Shown: positions 1-8,835 of the stretch, piece after piece | Layout: every line of letters begins with the position of its first letter | Numbering within the stretch: position 1 is the first letter of the stretch | Assembly: GCA_937929885.1 (NCBI GenBank) | Contig: CALFUQ010000077.1 | Location: 5,105 to 69,104 of the forward strand | Direction: 5' to 3' | Source of the DNA: an uncultured Saprospiraceae bacterium | GTDB lineage: Bacteria; Bacteroidota; Bacteroidia; Chitinophagales; Saprospiraceae | Length of the DNA: 64,000 bases | Made by a program: the position numbers and the translations under genes | Notes under the pieces: model-generated | What the model was told of the DNA's origin: nothing | Database searches by the model: none | Seen by the model: the letters and a program-made list of their open reading frames with translations, nothing else

Positions 1-377
1 ACTATTATCTCTCCCTTTGGTAATCCCAATGCAATCTTGTTTATAGCTTCAGTACGTTGCAGGGCATTATTATTATCCAGTTTTTCAAATGACATTGGTC
101 GTTTGAATGAATCGGGAAAAAATAAAACTGGCTTTACATCTTGTAATTGATCAAGTGTATTTTGGAAGTAGGCCGCTTCTTCCTTGTCACTAGCTATAAA
201 GAAATGATTGTGTTGTGGTCGTTCTTGATAGGTTCCCAATAGGACAAACCCGTCCAATGCTCCCACCGTATTCTCCAAAAGGATTCTGGATGGGGCTTCC
301 TGATCTATGACTTTAATAATACTCTGCGTCCGCTCATCTTCTCGATAAAGATCAAGCAATCGCTGCAAATTACTCAC
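1..377 (-). CDS. mfd: Transcription-repair coupling factor Mfd, N-terminal ~125 codons only (gene runs off the left edge)
   Basis: My own reverse-strand translation from GTG at 377 reads VSNLQRLLDLYRED..GALDGFVLLGTYQERPQHNHFFIASDKEEAAYFQNTLDQL..VLFFPDSFKRP..ALQRTEAINKI, which has the UvrB-like N-terminal layout of Mfd. An in-frame stop at 402-404 limits the start. It is absent from the ORF track because it is truncated. Confidence 0.6.
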   Translation of the reverse strand, partial: MSNLQRLLDLYREDERTQSIIKVIDQEAPSRILLENTVGALDGFVLLGTYQERPQHNHFFIASDKEEAAYFQNTLDQLQDVKPVLFFPDSFKRPMSFEKLDNNNALQRTEAINKIALGLPKGEII

Positions 378-429
378 GGTGCGAAAGTAAATTATTCGTA
401 CTTAAAAAACTGGAAATTAGATCACAAAA

Positions 430-1728
430 TTAGATCTCTTTTGTTGCCTTAAGTTCTTGTCTATTGATTAGAAGACTAGTAGTGACAGAGAGTAAACAAT
501 ATGCAGTAAAGAAAAATGCTCCAGGAGAAAGTTTAGAATAGTTAAGTGTCTCTACTGCGAAGCCTGTATCATTTCGACTTATATCTGCTAACTGCGAAGT
601 TACCAATCCATAAAATCCTATATAAGCCATAAAGAGGGCTACAACAAATACATCTGCCATGCTCCATTTACCAAGATAAAAAATGATGGTCTTGACAGTC
701 TTGCTTGCTCTAGCTTTAGCATAATAGAGATAGAATATAGATAGCACTAACTTTATAAATGGAAATACGATACTGAAAAGCAAGATCAATCCACCAACTA
801 GCTTTAGATCCCATCCTCCTCCAGTCCACAAAGTTTTAGTTACTTCGACTATAGACTTACTCTGGAAGTATAATACCTGCTCTTCGAATGCAATCTCCTG
901 ACCCATGATCTCTATCCCAAATGCATTAAGCCTTGCATCTATGTCTATCATCGGAAGTGTGATTCCTAATACCAATAGGACAATTGAGATAACTGTAAAC
1001 CCAAGCATGAGATCTTTAAATGATATGAGTTTTATGCCAAGCAGAAGGATTAATAATGCTGCTGCTAAAAGACCAATGATATATTTCAATAGTCCTTGTA
1101 TTTCACCTTCTGCATTCTTAACCTTATCTAATAAAAAATCTCCTGTTGCTTCAGCATCCTCAAACCCATGTCTTTGATATATCCTAGTCCGGCGATCTAC
1201 ATAGTTAGCTTGCTCGTCAGACATAACCATATTGAGTAATTCCTTTTGTAAGACTCCTCTAATCTCTGGTTCGTTCTTTTTAATCTCAACTTTAAGCTGT
1301 GCGGCTAATCCAGGTATTTTTGATTTTAGGTCTAAGCTCTGTAGTTGCTTTTCTACTGTACCTCTCATCATCTTCAAGATCATCTTATTCATAGTACCAC
1401 TCTCCTCTAGATTAGCATAGATCTCATCAATCAGTTTACCAGAAGTAAAATAATCGTCATACATAGTATATAGATACATCTCGATCTGACCTCCTATCTG
1501 ATCATAGGCTTCCTGCGAAAGGGTAAAATTATTAATTCGGGATTCTACTATATCTAGTGCTTTCTCTTTCCAGAGCTGGATATTAAAGAGGCCGTAATTG
1601 ACTTTATTAATTTCAGCATAGTCATACTGATGAGCATTCTTAGCATTATTCACTTGGTATAAGTCAATCCCAAACTTCACAGAAGTCCCTATCAAGATGC
1701 CAACGATTAATAATACGATATACCTCAC
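430..1728 (-). CDS. PqiA-family (paraquat-inducible protein A-like) integral membrane protein with long hydrophilic N-terminal segment
   Basis: 432-aa ORF with a GTG start at 1728. It has an N-terminal TM helix, then ~190 hydrophilic residues. The C-terminal half has several TM helices and the PqiA-type motif LGKWSMADVFVVALFMAYIGF. Confidence 0.55.
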   Translation of the reverse strand: MRYIVLLIVGILIGTSVKFGIDLYQVNNAKNAHQYDYAEINKVNYGLFNIQLWKEKALDIVESRINNFTLSQEAYDQIGGQIEMYLYTMYDDYFTSGKLIDEIYANLEESGTMNKMILKMMRGTVEKQLQSLDLKSKIPGLAAQLKVEIKKNEPEIRGVLQKELLNMVMSDEQANYVDRRTRIYQRHGFEDAEATGDFLLDKVKNAEGEIQGLLKYIIGLLAAALLILLLGIKLISFKDLMLGFTVISIVLLVLGITLPMIDIDARLNAFGIEIMGQEIAFEEQVLYFQSKSIVEVTKTLWTGGGWDLKLVGGLILLFSIVFPFIKLVLSIFYLYYAKARASKTVKTIIFYLGKWSMADVFVVALFMAYIGFYGLVTSQLADISRNDTGFAVETLNYSKLSPGAFFFTAYCLLSVTTSLLINRQELKATKEI

Positions 1729-2008
1729 AGCTTCAAAGTTAGTTTTGAATTACCAATTCTATAAGGTTCTCTTGAAATTATCGACGAGTAATATTCTGGA
1801 CAAAGAGTCAATTGTAGCAAACCAGTCAATTATGGGGTATAAAACGCGACTAATTATTAATTAATATGTTAAAAGGCAATTCTGACTAAGGGTAAGGCAT
1901 GGTTTTACGCATCCACTTATCGAGAATTTAGGTTTTTACATGATTTTTAAGAGTGACTGCATTTTTGGGAATTATTAAGAGATCTAAACATATTACATTT
2001 TAATATAA

Positions 2009-2016
2009 TATATTTG
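2009..2016 (+). promoter_or_regulatory. Bacteroidota-type -7 promoter box TAtaTTTG
   Basis: Exact TAnnTTTG match 48 nt upstream of ATG 2064. It overlaps the GTG at 2016 used by the ORF track, which supports the shorter CDS. Confidence 0.4.
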
Positions 2017-2063
2017 TGGTTGATTATCAGCCACCCCAATCACTTTACACAAAATTTTTGAAA

Positions 2064-2939
2064 ATGAAAACCTTTTACATTACGTTATTAGCGCTCATAT
2101 TGGCGCCAACACTCATGTTCTCTCAGAAACTTGATGTCGGATTATTTGTCGGGGCAGCTAATTACCAAGGAGATATCAATAGAACAGATATTTTATTACT
2201 TAAAGAAACCAAACCAGCTTTTGGTATTCAAGCTGAATATCATATGTGGGATAAAATTGGAATTGAGGCAAACTTTGTATACGGATCGATCTCAGGTGAC
2301 GATGAGAATTTTGATGCAAGAAGAGGTCTCGACGATTTTGGAGTAAGCTTTGAGTCTACATTCATAGAAGTTTTAGGAAAAATAAACTACTACCCTATCA
2401 GATCTAGAAAATTAAAAGTTTTTGACAGAGACGGTGAAGGATTTAATCATAGTGTATTGGAAGATAACCAAAATGACATATTCGATCTTAACGGAAATCC
2501 AATCCAAAAATACAGAACTGTATATGTAGCTACTGATAGTCTAGGAAATGAATGGATTTATAATACGAAAGGAGATTATGTAGTAATGGATGCAGATAGA
2601 AAAGTAATAGAAGAATCATATAACAAAACTTGGTCACCATATATGTATGCAGGTGCAGGTTTAGGAATATGGGATCAAGAAGCAATGAAAAATTACGAAA
2701 CAATTGTTACTGATGCCGGAACTCAAAGTCTCTTACCTACGGTAACAGTTGGCGGCGGGGTAAGATTTGATTTTTCTAAAAAATTCGCAGTTGGATTAGA
2801 GGGAGGAATTAGATATGCATTTTCGGATTATTTAGATGGACAAAGCGAATCAAGAACTGCTGCAAATGCTGACTGGTATTATGTAGGCGGAATTAACTTC
2901 AGATATAAGTTAGGAACAGAACAAACGATTAAGTTCTAA
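2064..2939 (+). CDS. Outer-membrane beta-barrel protein (DUF6089-like) with signal peptide
   Basis: Start moved from GTG 2016 to ATG 2064, because MKTFYITLLALILAPTLMFSQ is a clean signal peptide. The sequence shows an alternating beta-strand pattern, VGLFVGAANYQGDI near the N-terminus and a C-terminal aromatic strand GGINFRYKLG. Confidence 0.6.
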   Translation: MKTFYITLLALILAPTLMFSQKLDVGLFVGAANYQGDINRTDILLLKETKPAFGIQAEYHMWDKIGIEANFVYGSISGDDENFDARRGLDDFGVSFESTFIEVLGKINYYPIRSRKLKVFDRDGEGFNHSVLEDNQNDIFDLNGNPIQKYRTVYVATDSLGNEWIYNTKGDYVVMDADRKVIEESYNKTWSPYMYAGAGLGIWDQEAMKNYETIVTDAGTQSLLPTVTVGGGVRFDFSKKFAVGLEGGIRYAFSDYLDGQSESRTAANADWYYVGGINFRYKLGTEQTIKF

Positions 2940-2990
2940 TACTCCCAAAATAATTAGATACTTAAAATAAAGTATCAAGAATAACCTGGT

Positions 2991-3021
2991 AGACCTGATC
3001 AAATTGATCAGGTCTTTTTTT
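2991..3021 (+). terminator. Rho-independent terminator of the beta-barrel gene
   Basis: Perfect 11-bp stem AGACCTGATCA/TGATCAGGTCT with a 3-nt loop, running into a 7-T tract (3015-3021). Confidence 0.8.
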
Positions 3022-3056
3022 ATGCCCTTATACAAAGACAACTTTCACTTAGGGGC

Positions 3057-3084
3057 ATAAAAAAAGCCGGCTGAGAGCCGGCTT
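3057..3084 (-). terminator. Rho-independent terminator oriented for the minus strand (possibly bidirectional)
   Basis: 8-bp GC-rich stem AAGCCGGC/GCCGGCTT (3064-3071 / 3077-3084) with a 5-nt loop. The A-run at 3059-3065 reads as 7 consecutive T after the stem on the minus strand. No minus-strand ORF lies upstream of it. Confidence 0.6.
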
Positions 3085-3092
3085 AAATTTTT

Positions 3093-3124
3093 ACACCTTT
3101 TAAAAATTTAAAACACCTTTTAAA
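3093..3124. repeat. Perfect 12-nt direct repeat ACACCTTTTAAA x2, 20-nt period
   Basis: Copies at 3093-3104 and 3113-3124 are identical and sit immediately next to the 3064-3084 hairpin. Confidence 0.7.
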
Positions 3125-3527
3125 GTAAGAATGTATTTCGTTAAATACATATACAAGACCCAGCAAATAGACCCCTACCCTATGCTCAAATGACTAGAAG
3201 GGGATCATTGGTAAGCTAGATTGCATACATCAGTGTGACTTTTACGTACATGCCTCCTTAATGATAAAAGGGGGACATTTTAAAGCATCATTTACCTCTG
3301 ATAAGGTCATATTAGACTCCAGAAACATATTGACTACATATTAATCATGATTCTAGGAATTTTAAACTTGAGAATCAGAATACCGTTTAGAATAATAACT
3401 TTCGAAGATAAAGGTTATAAATATTAGGGTTTTCACTACGAATCTTGTCTTATTTATAGAATATATTTAGGTATGACTGTGATGTCGATGTGATAACCAC
3501 TTAATTCTAAACTGCAACCCCTTCCAT

Positions 3528-5327
3528 ATGAAAGCAATTAAATTTTGTTTCAGTCTTAGTTTACTCCTATTTCTATCAGTCCAACATAATCTTATAGCTC
3601 AAGCCTATACAGATTATATAGGAGCTGGGCATAATCAAAATATAAAAGTTACCACCAGCAGCAATACGAATAAGGCTGTAGGAGACCGAACAATCAATGG
3701 TGAAGGCTTAGATGCTAAGCGCATGGAAGCGTCTCGATTCTTAGCCCAAACTACAATCGGATTTAATCTAGAACGCATAGATGAGTTAGCTATAGATATG
3801 GATAATGATTTTGAAGGATGGATTGATAACCAGATGTCCCAAACGCCTACTCTAACTGAACCCCTTGTATATAGTATTACACAACAAATAAGAGATCTAT
3901 GGTTACAAAACGGAGAGAACCTAGATGATTTTTTCGGGCCATGGGCATTGCATTTTAATTATGCATTCTGGCAAGCTAATATGACAAATAATGATTTGCT
4001 TAGACACCGAGTTGCATTGGCACTAAGCGAGATCTTAGTTATATCTACTAACTCTAATCTTACTGATCATGGAGAAGGTTTAGCTAACTACTATGATATA
4101 CTAATTAGAAATTCTTTTGGTAATTACAAAGACCTTCTTAGAGAAGTAACATTACACCCGACTATGGGACTCTATTTAAGTCATTACAATAATCAAAAAA
4201 CAAACGAAGCTGCAAATATCCACCCAGACGAAAACTATGCAAGAGAGATTATGCAGCTATTCTCTATTGGCCTGCATGAACTAAATGTAAATGGAACTAA
4301 AAAAATGCAAGGTGGCAACCCTATCCCTACTTATGATAACTCAGATATCACAGAGTTGGCTAAAGTATTTACTGGTCTCGGTGCAAGTGCACTAGGAGAA
4401 GAAGCATATGTAGACAAAGTTTTCTTTGGGATAGATTTCTACCAGATAGACAAGACTGTACCAATGACAATGTATGAAGGATGGCATGAAAAGGGGACCA
4501 AGACATTCTTAGGAAGTACTATCCCAGATGGACAGACAGGGATGCAAGATATTGATTCAGCAATAGATATCATTTTTGATCACCCTAATGTAGGTCCATT
4601 TTTAGCAACAAGATTAATCCAGCGATTGGTTAAATCTAATCCATCAAGTGGTTATATACAGCGGGTCGCAAATGTATTTAATCGAAATGAAAGTGGTGTA
4701 AGAGGCGATTTAGGATCTGTGGTGAAAGCAATACTGCTAGACGATGAAGCCAGATCATGTAATGACATTAACTCCTCAAGTGCAGGCAAGCTAAGAGAAC
4801 CAGTGATAAGAATGGCTCATGCCTCTAAATCAATGCCTAATGATGAATCTCAAGGGCGATACTGGAACAGTGGATTCGAACAATTAAATAGCATGAAGTA
4901 CCATCCACTAGGAGCCCCATCAGTCTTTAACTTCTATACGCCAGATTACAGCCCGATTGGAGAAATTGCGGACGGAAATATGGTCGCACCAGAATTTAAA
5001 ATATTCGATTCTTCTAGTTCGATTAACTATATCAATAAAGCTAACCAATGGTTTATATGGGAAGCTTTGTGGTGGACGTGGGAAAGCGCTTACGGTGTAG
5101 AAAATCCTGCATTAGTTATAAACGAGTTAAGAGAACTAGCAGATGAACCTGAAGCACTTATCAACAGACTAGATATCATGTATACTCATGGTCAGTTAAC
5201 AGAGAATACAAAAGCAATTATCAAAGAAGCCATCTTAGGTTTAAAATGGGATGACGTGAATGGAGATCGAGTAAAGATGGCGTTATACTTATTATTTATT
5301 TCTCCAGATTACGCCATTTTAAAATAA
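3528..5327 (+). CDS. DUF1800 family secreted protein
   Basis: 599 aa with a Sec signal peptide (LLLFLSVQHNLIAQA). Motifs HPTMGLYLSHYNNQK and PDENYAREIMQLFSIGL are typical of DUF1800. It is followed 6 nt later by its usual DUF1501 partner. Confidence 0.75.
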   Translation: MKAIKFCFSLSLLLFLSVQHNLIAQAYTDYIGAGHNQNIKVTTSSNTNKAVGDRTINGEGLDAKRMEASRFLAQTTIGFNLERIDELAIDMDNDFEGWIDNQMSQTPTLTEPLVYSITQQIRDLWLQNGENLDDFFGPWALHFNYAFWQANMTNNDLLRHRVALALSEILVISTNSNLTDHGEGLANYYDILIRNSFGNYKDLLREVTLHPTMGLYLSHYNNQKTNEAANIHPDENYAREIMQLFSIGLHELNVNGTKKMQGGNPIPTYDNSDITELAKVFTGLGASALGEEAYVDKVFFGIDFYQIDKTVPMTMYEGWHEKGTKTFLGSTIPDGQTGMQDIDSAIDIIFDHPNVGPFLATRLIQRLVKSNPSSGYIQRVANVFNRNESGVRGDLGSVVKAILLDDEARSCNDINSSSAGKLREPVIRMAHASKSMPNDESQGRYWNSGFEQLNSMKYHPLGAPSVFNFYTPDYSPIGEIADGNMVAPEFKIFDSSSSINYINKANQWFIWEALWWTWESAYGVENPALVINELRELADEPEALINRLDIMYTHGQLTENTKAIIKEAILGLKWDDVNGDRVKMALYLLFISPDYAILK

Positions 5328-5333
5328 GCAGCT

Positions 5334-6737
5334 ATGGACAACCACACAAGAAGAAAATTTATAAAACAAATGGGTTGCTCAGCTTTAGGTGGCTCTACCC
5401 TATTTTCCACGCTAATCAATCTTAAAGCTGCTAATGCTGCTGCAATGGCAAACTCGACAGTCGCAGCAATGGATGACTATAAAGCATTAGTATGTATATC
5501 CTTACAAGGAGGTAATGATTCGTTTAATATGCTAGTCCCTAAATCAGGTGCTGCTTACGATAACTATAAAACCACGCGAAGTAACTTAGCACTTGCTGCG
5601 AATGACTTATTGGGTATTAACCCACTCAATGGAGGAGGACAACAATTTGGATTACATCCTTCCATGCCAAGACTGCAAAGTCTATTTAACCAAGGTAAAT
5701 TGTCATTTGTTTCGAATGTCGGGTCATTAGTAGAGCCTGCTCTTGACAAACAAGATGTCTGGAACGAAAGAATAAGACTACCACTAGGGCTTTACTCTCA
5801 TGCTGATCAGCTAATGCATTGGCAGACTGCAACACCGCATGTGAGAAGTGCTGCTGGATGGGGTGGTAAAATAGCAGACATGATTAATGACATGAATGCT
5901 AATCAGAATATATCTATGAACATCTCTTTGTCTGGCACCAATACTTTTCAGACTGGAAATCAAACTATAGAATACACCCTCGACCCAACAGAAGGAAGCA
6001 TAGGAATTAATGGAGATAACAATGATTGGCTATTTAATCAAATAAGAAAAAAGGCAATTGATAATATGCTTGAGTATAACTACCAAGATGTATTTAAGAA
6101 AACCTATACCAAAACTATTAAGAATGCTCGAGAGGCTGATGTAGAGTTTAGCCAAGCAATAGAGGGAAATGAGTTTAGTAATTTTGGAACAGACGAGTAT
6201 CAATTTAGTGAGCGCTTGCATATGGTTGCAAGGACAATCGAGGCTAGGAATACTTTGAATATGAGCCGTCAGACATTTTTTGTAGAGTTTGGTGGATGGG
6301 ATCACCATGACGAGGTACTTAACTCACAAGCGGGTATGTTATCTATGATGGACAATGGACTTAGTGCTTTCCAAAAAGCATTAGAAGATCAAGGAATAGC
6401 AGATCAAGTAACCACTTTCGTTATTTCTGATTTTGGTAGAACACTTACCTCAAATGGTAATGGGACAGATCATGGCTGGGGAGGTAATATGTTTGTGATG
6501 GGTGGTGCAGTGAATGGTCAGAGAATCTTTGGAGAGTATCCGTCACTTAGATTAGAATCAGACTTAGATTTAGGTAGTGGCAGACTGATGCCTACCCTAT
6601 CTGCAGATGAATACTTTGCAGAACTTGCCCTTTGGTTTGGAGTGCCTCCATCGGATCTTAAAACCATATTTCCTAATATCGGAAACTTCTACAATGTCAA
6701 CTCTGGCACTGCTCCGATAGGTTTCTTAAACTTCTAA
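5334..6737 (+). CDS. DUF1501 family protein (sulfatase/alkaline-phosphatase-like fold) with twin-arginine signal
   Basis: 467 aa. The N-terminus TRRKFIKQMGCSALGG..ANAAAMA fits a Tat signal. GGWDHHD and GTDHGWGG motifs are characteristic of DUF1501. Confidence 0.75.
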   Translation: MDNHTRRKFIKQMGCSALGGSTLFSTLINLKAANAAAMANSTVAAMDDYKALVCISLQGGNDSFNMLVPKSGAAYDNYKTTRSNLALAANDLLGINPLNGGGQQFGLHPSMPRLQSLFNQGKLSFVSNVGSLVEPALDKQDVWNERIRLPLGLYSHADQLMHWQTATPHVRSAAGWGGKIADMINDMNANQNISMNISLSGTNTFQTGNQTIEYTLDPTEGSIGINGDNNDWLFNQIRKKAIDNMLEYNYQDVFKKTYTKTIKNAREADVEFSQAIEGNEFSNFGTDEYQFSERLHMVARTIEARNTLNMSRQTFFVEFGGWDHHDEVLNSQAGMLSMMDNGLSAFQKALEDQGIADQVTTFVISDFGRTLTSNGNGTDHGWGGNMFVMGGAVNGQRIFGEYPSLRLESDLDLGSGRLMPTLSADEYFAELALWFGVPPSDLKTIFPNIGNFYNVNSGTAPIGFLNF

Positions 6738-6748
6738 AAACAACTCCA

Positions 6749-7765
6749 ATGAAATTATTTTTACTCACAACCATATTACTTCTAGGACTCACAGAGATAA
6801 ATGCTCAATGCTATCCTGACCGCCATAGTACCAGTGTCTACGACAGCTGGTTATCTGATGAAAAGAATCCTAATCCTAATACAACAAGAGGACTCTCTCA
6901 TTGGATAATGTATGATCTCGGGAGTACTTACAACCTTGGTCAGACTCATTTTTGGAATTTAAATGATCCTGATCGTTTAGCACAAGGGATGCAAAATTTT
7001 TATGTAGATGTCTCTGCTGATGGAATGACTTGGAAAGAGATCGGAGAGTTTAGTTTATCTCAAGCATCAGGTGCCACCAATTACGAAGGTGAAGTAGGAC
7101 CAGATTTTGACGGAGAAAAAGCTAATTATATTCTTATTACTGTTAAGGATAATTTTAGTGATGGTGCGATCGCAGGTTTTAGTGAAATGAAAATAGAACT
7201 TACCTCTGCTTCGCTGGCTATTAATCTTATTGATTTCTTGGTTGAGTGTTCTGTTGATAATATCCCGAGATTAGGATGGACGGCTATTGCAGATAGCTCA
7301 AGTGAGTATTTTTTACTAGAGCAAACGCTTAATGGAGAAGATTGGGAAGAGCTAGCAGAGATTCCTGTGGATAATATAAATCAAGAACAAAATTACATCT
7401 ATGATGCTAACGATAGTGAAGACAATTATACGTATAGATTATCATCAGTAGATGCGAGTGGCAATATCCAGTTCTTACAGCTAGCTGCTACAACTTGTAA
7501 AAAAGATCGATCATTTGATGTGTGGCCAAATCCTTTTGAAGTGAACGCGATGGTAAGGCTGAACGGATTCGAAAATAAGGATGTTACTTATCAGGTGCAT
7601 GATATGTTAGGCAGAATAGCTCTGTCTGGTAACATCGCAGTAAGGTCTGATGACGAATCATTTAGCATTAGTAGTGAGCGACTTTCCTCAGGTCAATATA
7701 TCTTAACGATCGATGATGGTTTTGAGACTTACAGAAAAACTATCATACACACAGCTACGAGGTAG
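6749..7765 (+). CDS. Secreted discoidin (F5/8 type C)-like domain protein with T9SS C-terminal sorting domain
   Basis: 338 aa with a signal peptide. SHWIMYDLGSTYNLGQTHFWNLND..FYVDVSADGMTWKEIG resembles a galactose-binding/discoidin domain. The C-terminus VWPNPFEVNAMVRL..YQVHDMLGRI..SGQYILTI resembles a Por secretion tail. Confidence 0.65.
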   Translation: MKLFLLTTILLLGLTEINAQCYPDRHSTSVYDSWLSDEKNPNPNTTRGLSHWIMYDLGSTYNLGQTHFWNLNDPDRLAQGMQNFYVDVSADGMTWKEIGEFSLSQASGATNYEGEVGPDFDGEKANYILITVKDNFSDGAIAGFSEMKIELTSASLAINLIDFLVECSVDNIPRLGWTAIADSSSEYFLLEQTLNGEDWEELAEIPVDNINQEQNYIYDANDSEDNYTYRLSSVDASGNIQFLQLAATTCKKDRSFDVWPNPFEVNAMVRLNGFENKDVTYQVHDMLGRIALSGNIAVRSDDESFSISSERLSSGQYILTIDDGFETYRKTIIHTATR

Positions 7766-8834
7766 TTGTCTGTTCCGTGTTGTGCTTTTTTAATTCTCTG
7801 AGCATTATAAATGCGCCTACTAATGCTCCAAGCAGCAGTAGAAATGAGCGATGCAGAATAGTGAATGTAGCCAGCTTAGTATCAATAATTATATGAGCCA
7901 TAAGACCTGCTATACTTAACTCTGCAAACCCACTTGCTCCTGGACTAGGTGCATGGTATAGCATAAAAAATATAATCGCTTGAATCTCTATCACAGTCCA
8001 AAAATCTGCTTCAATTCCTAATCCAAGTAATAACACAAAAGCCAAAGCATACTTGTTAAAATACATGATGCAGGTAATGATAAAACTCAGTGGTAACAGC
8101 AATGGATTATTAATCAGAAAGAACATGATTGTCTTATGATAATTTTGCAGTTCACCAGCGAGCTTCTCTGTTTTGGTATCTAAGTTTTTGAATCTATTTG
8201 GGAATACTGATTTTAGTTTTTTTCCTATCCACATTAAAACTCGACCCATTCGCTCTGGTGCCAATAGACTGATTAGGACAATTATAAATCCAGTAGTGAA
8301 AATTGCAAACCCAGACTTAATTAATAAACTGATATGATCATTAGGAATAATTGATTGCAAGTGATAAATCGATATCCCTGTAGAAATAATAAAAAACACT
8401 ATCGTAGAGATATAATTCATAACAGATACAGCGATACCGTCTGTCAACTTAACACCTCCTCTCCATAGCATATAGAGATGTGCAGGTCCTCCACCAGTCT
8501 GAGATGGTGTCACTGCTCCGATAAATATGTTTGCAAGATTAGCATCAAAGCAGACACGCTGCGAGATACCAGGATTAGTCTCTCTGACAAAGATGTGATT
8601 CCTCATACCGCCTATCCACCAGTCAAAGAATGCCATCAGAAATGCAAGGCCTACATATTCTAATTTGATTGATTTGATTGCTTGTAATACTTCGCCAGTA
8701 TTACTGTAAAGAAATAAACAAGTGAATGCTAATAAAGTAATACCGATGAACATGAAAACTCCACGCCTGATATAAGCTTGGTTTAAGATTTTACCAAACT
8801 TCTCATTTTCAGGAGATGAATTTTCGAGAGACAT
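7755..8834 (-). CDS. LPG-synthase-TM / flippase-like polytopic membrane protein (UPF0104 type)
   Basis: 359 aa with ~8 TM helices and the motif SQTGGGPAHLYMLWRGGVKL typical of the lysylphosphatidylglycerol-synthase TM-region family. It starts 1 nt after the upstream gene. Confidence 0.6.
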   Translation of the reverse strand: MSLENSSPENEKFGKILNQAYIRRGVFMFIGITLLAFTCLFLYSNTGEVLQAIKSIKLEYVGLAFLMAFFDWWIGGMRNHIFVRETNPGISQRVCFDANLANIFIGAVTPSQTGGGPAHLYMLWRGGVKLTDGIAVSVMNYISTIVFFIISTGISIYHLQSIIPNDHISLLIKSGFAIFTTGFIIVLISLLAPERMGRVLMWIGKKLKSVFPNRFKNLDTKTEKLAGELQNYHKTIMFFLINNPLLLPLSFIITCIMYFNKYALAFVLLLGLGIEADFWTVIEIQAIIFFMLYHAPSPGASGFAELSIAGLMAHIIIDTKLATFTILHRSFLLLLGALVGAFIMLRELKKHNTEQTTTS

Positions 8835-8835
8835 T

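Noticed and set aside
1734-1741. Exact minus-strand TAacTTTG box just upstream of the PqiA-like gene.
   Set aside because: It ends only 5 nt from the start, which is a GTG (1728). A leaderless GTG start is unlikely to be functional, so either the box is fortuitous or the gene model needs experimental data.
2016-2063. GTG-initiated 16-codon N-terminal extension of the beta-barrel ORF, as given in the ORF track.
   Set aside because: The extension (VDYQPPQSLYTKFLK) precedes a canonical signal peptide starting at ATG 2064 and overlaps the predicted -7 promoter box.
3216-3260. Perfect Shine-Dalgarno-like TAAGGAGG on the minus strand (3253-3260), followed by a mini-ORF of 11 codons (MYVKVTLMYAI).
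   Set aside because: Only 1 nt separates the SD-like sequence from the ATG, the ORF is tiny, and Bacteroidota generally do not use SD-led initiation. The G/C-rich patch more likely forms an RNA stem with 3268-3274.
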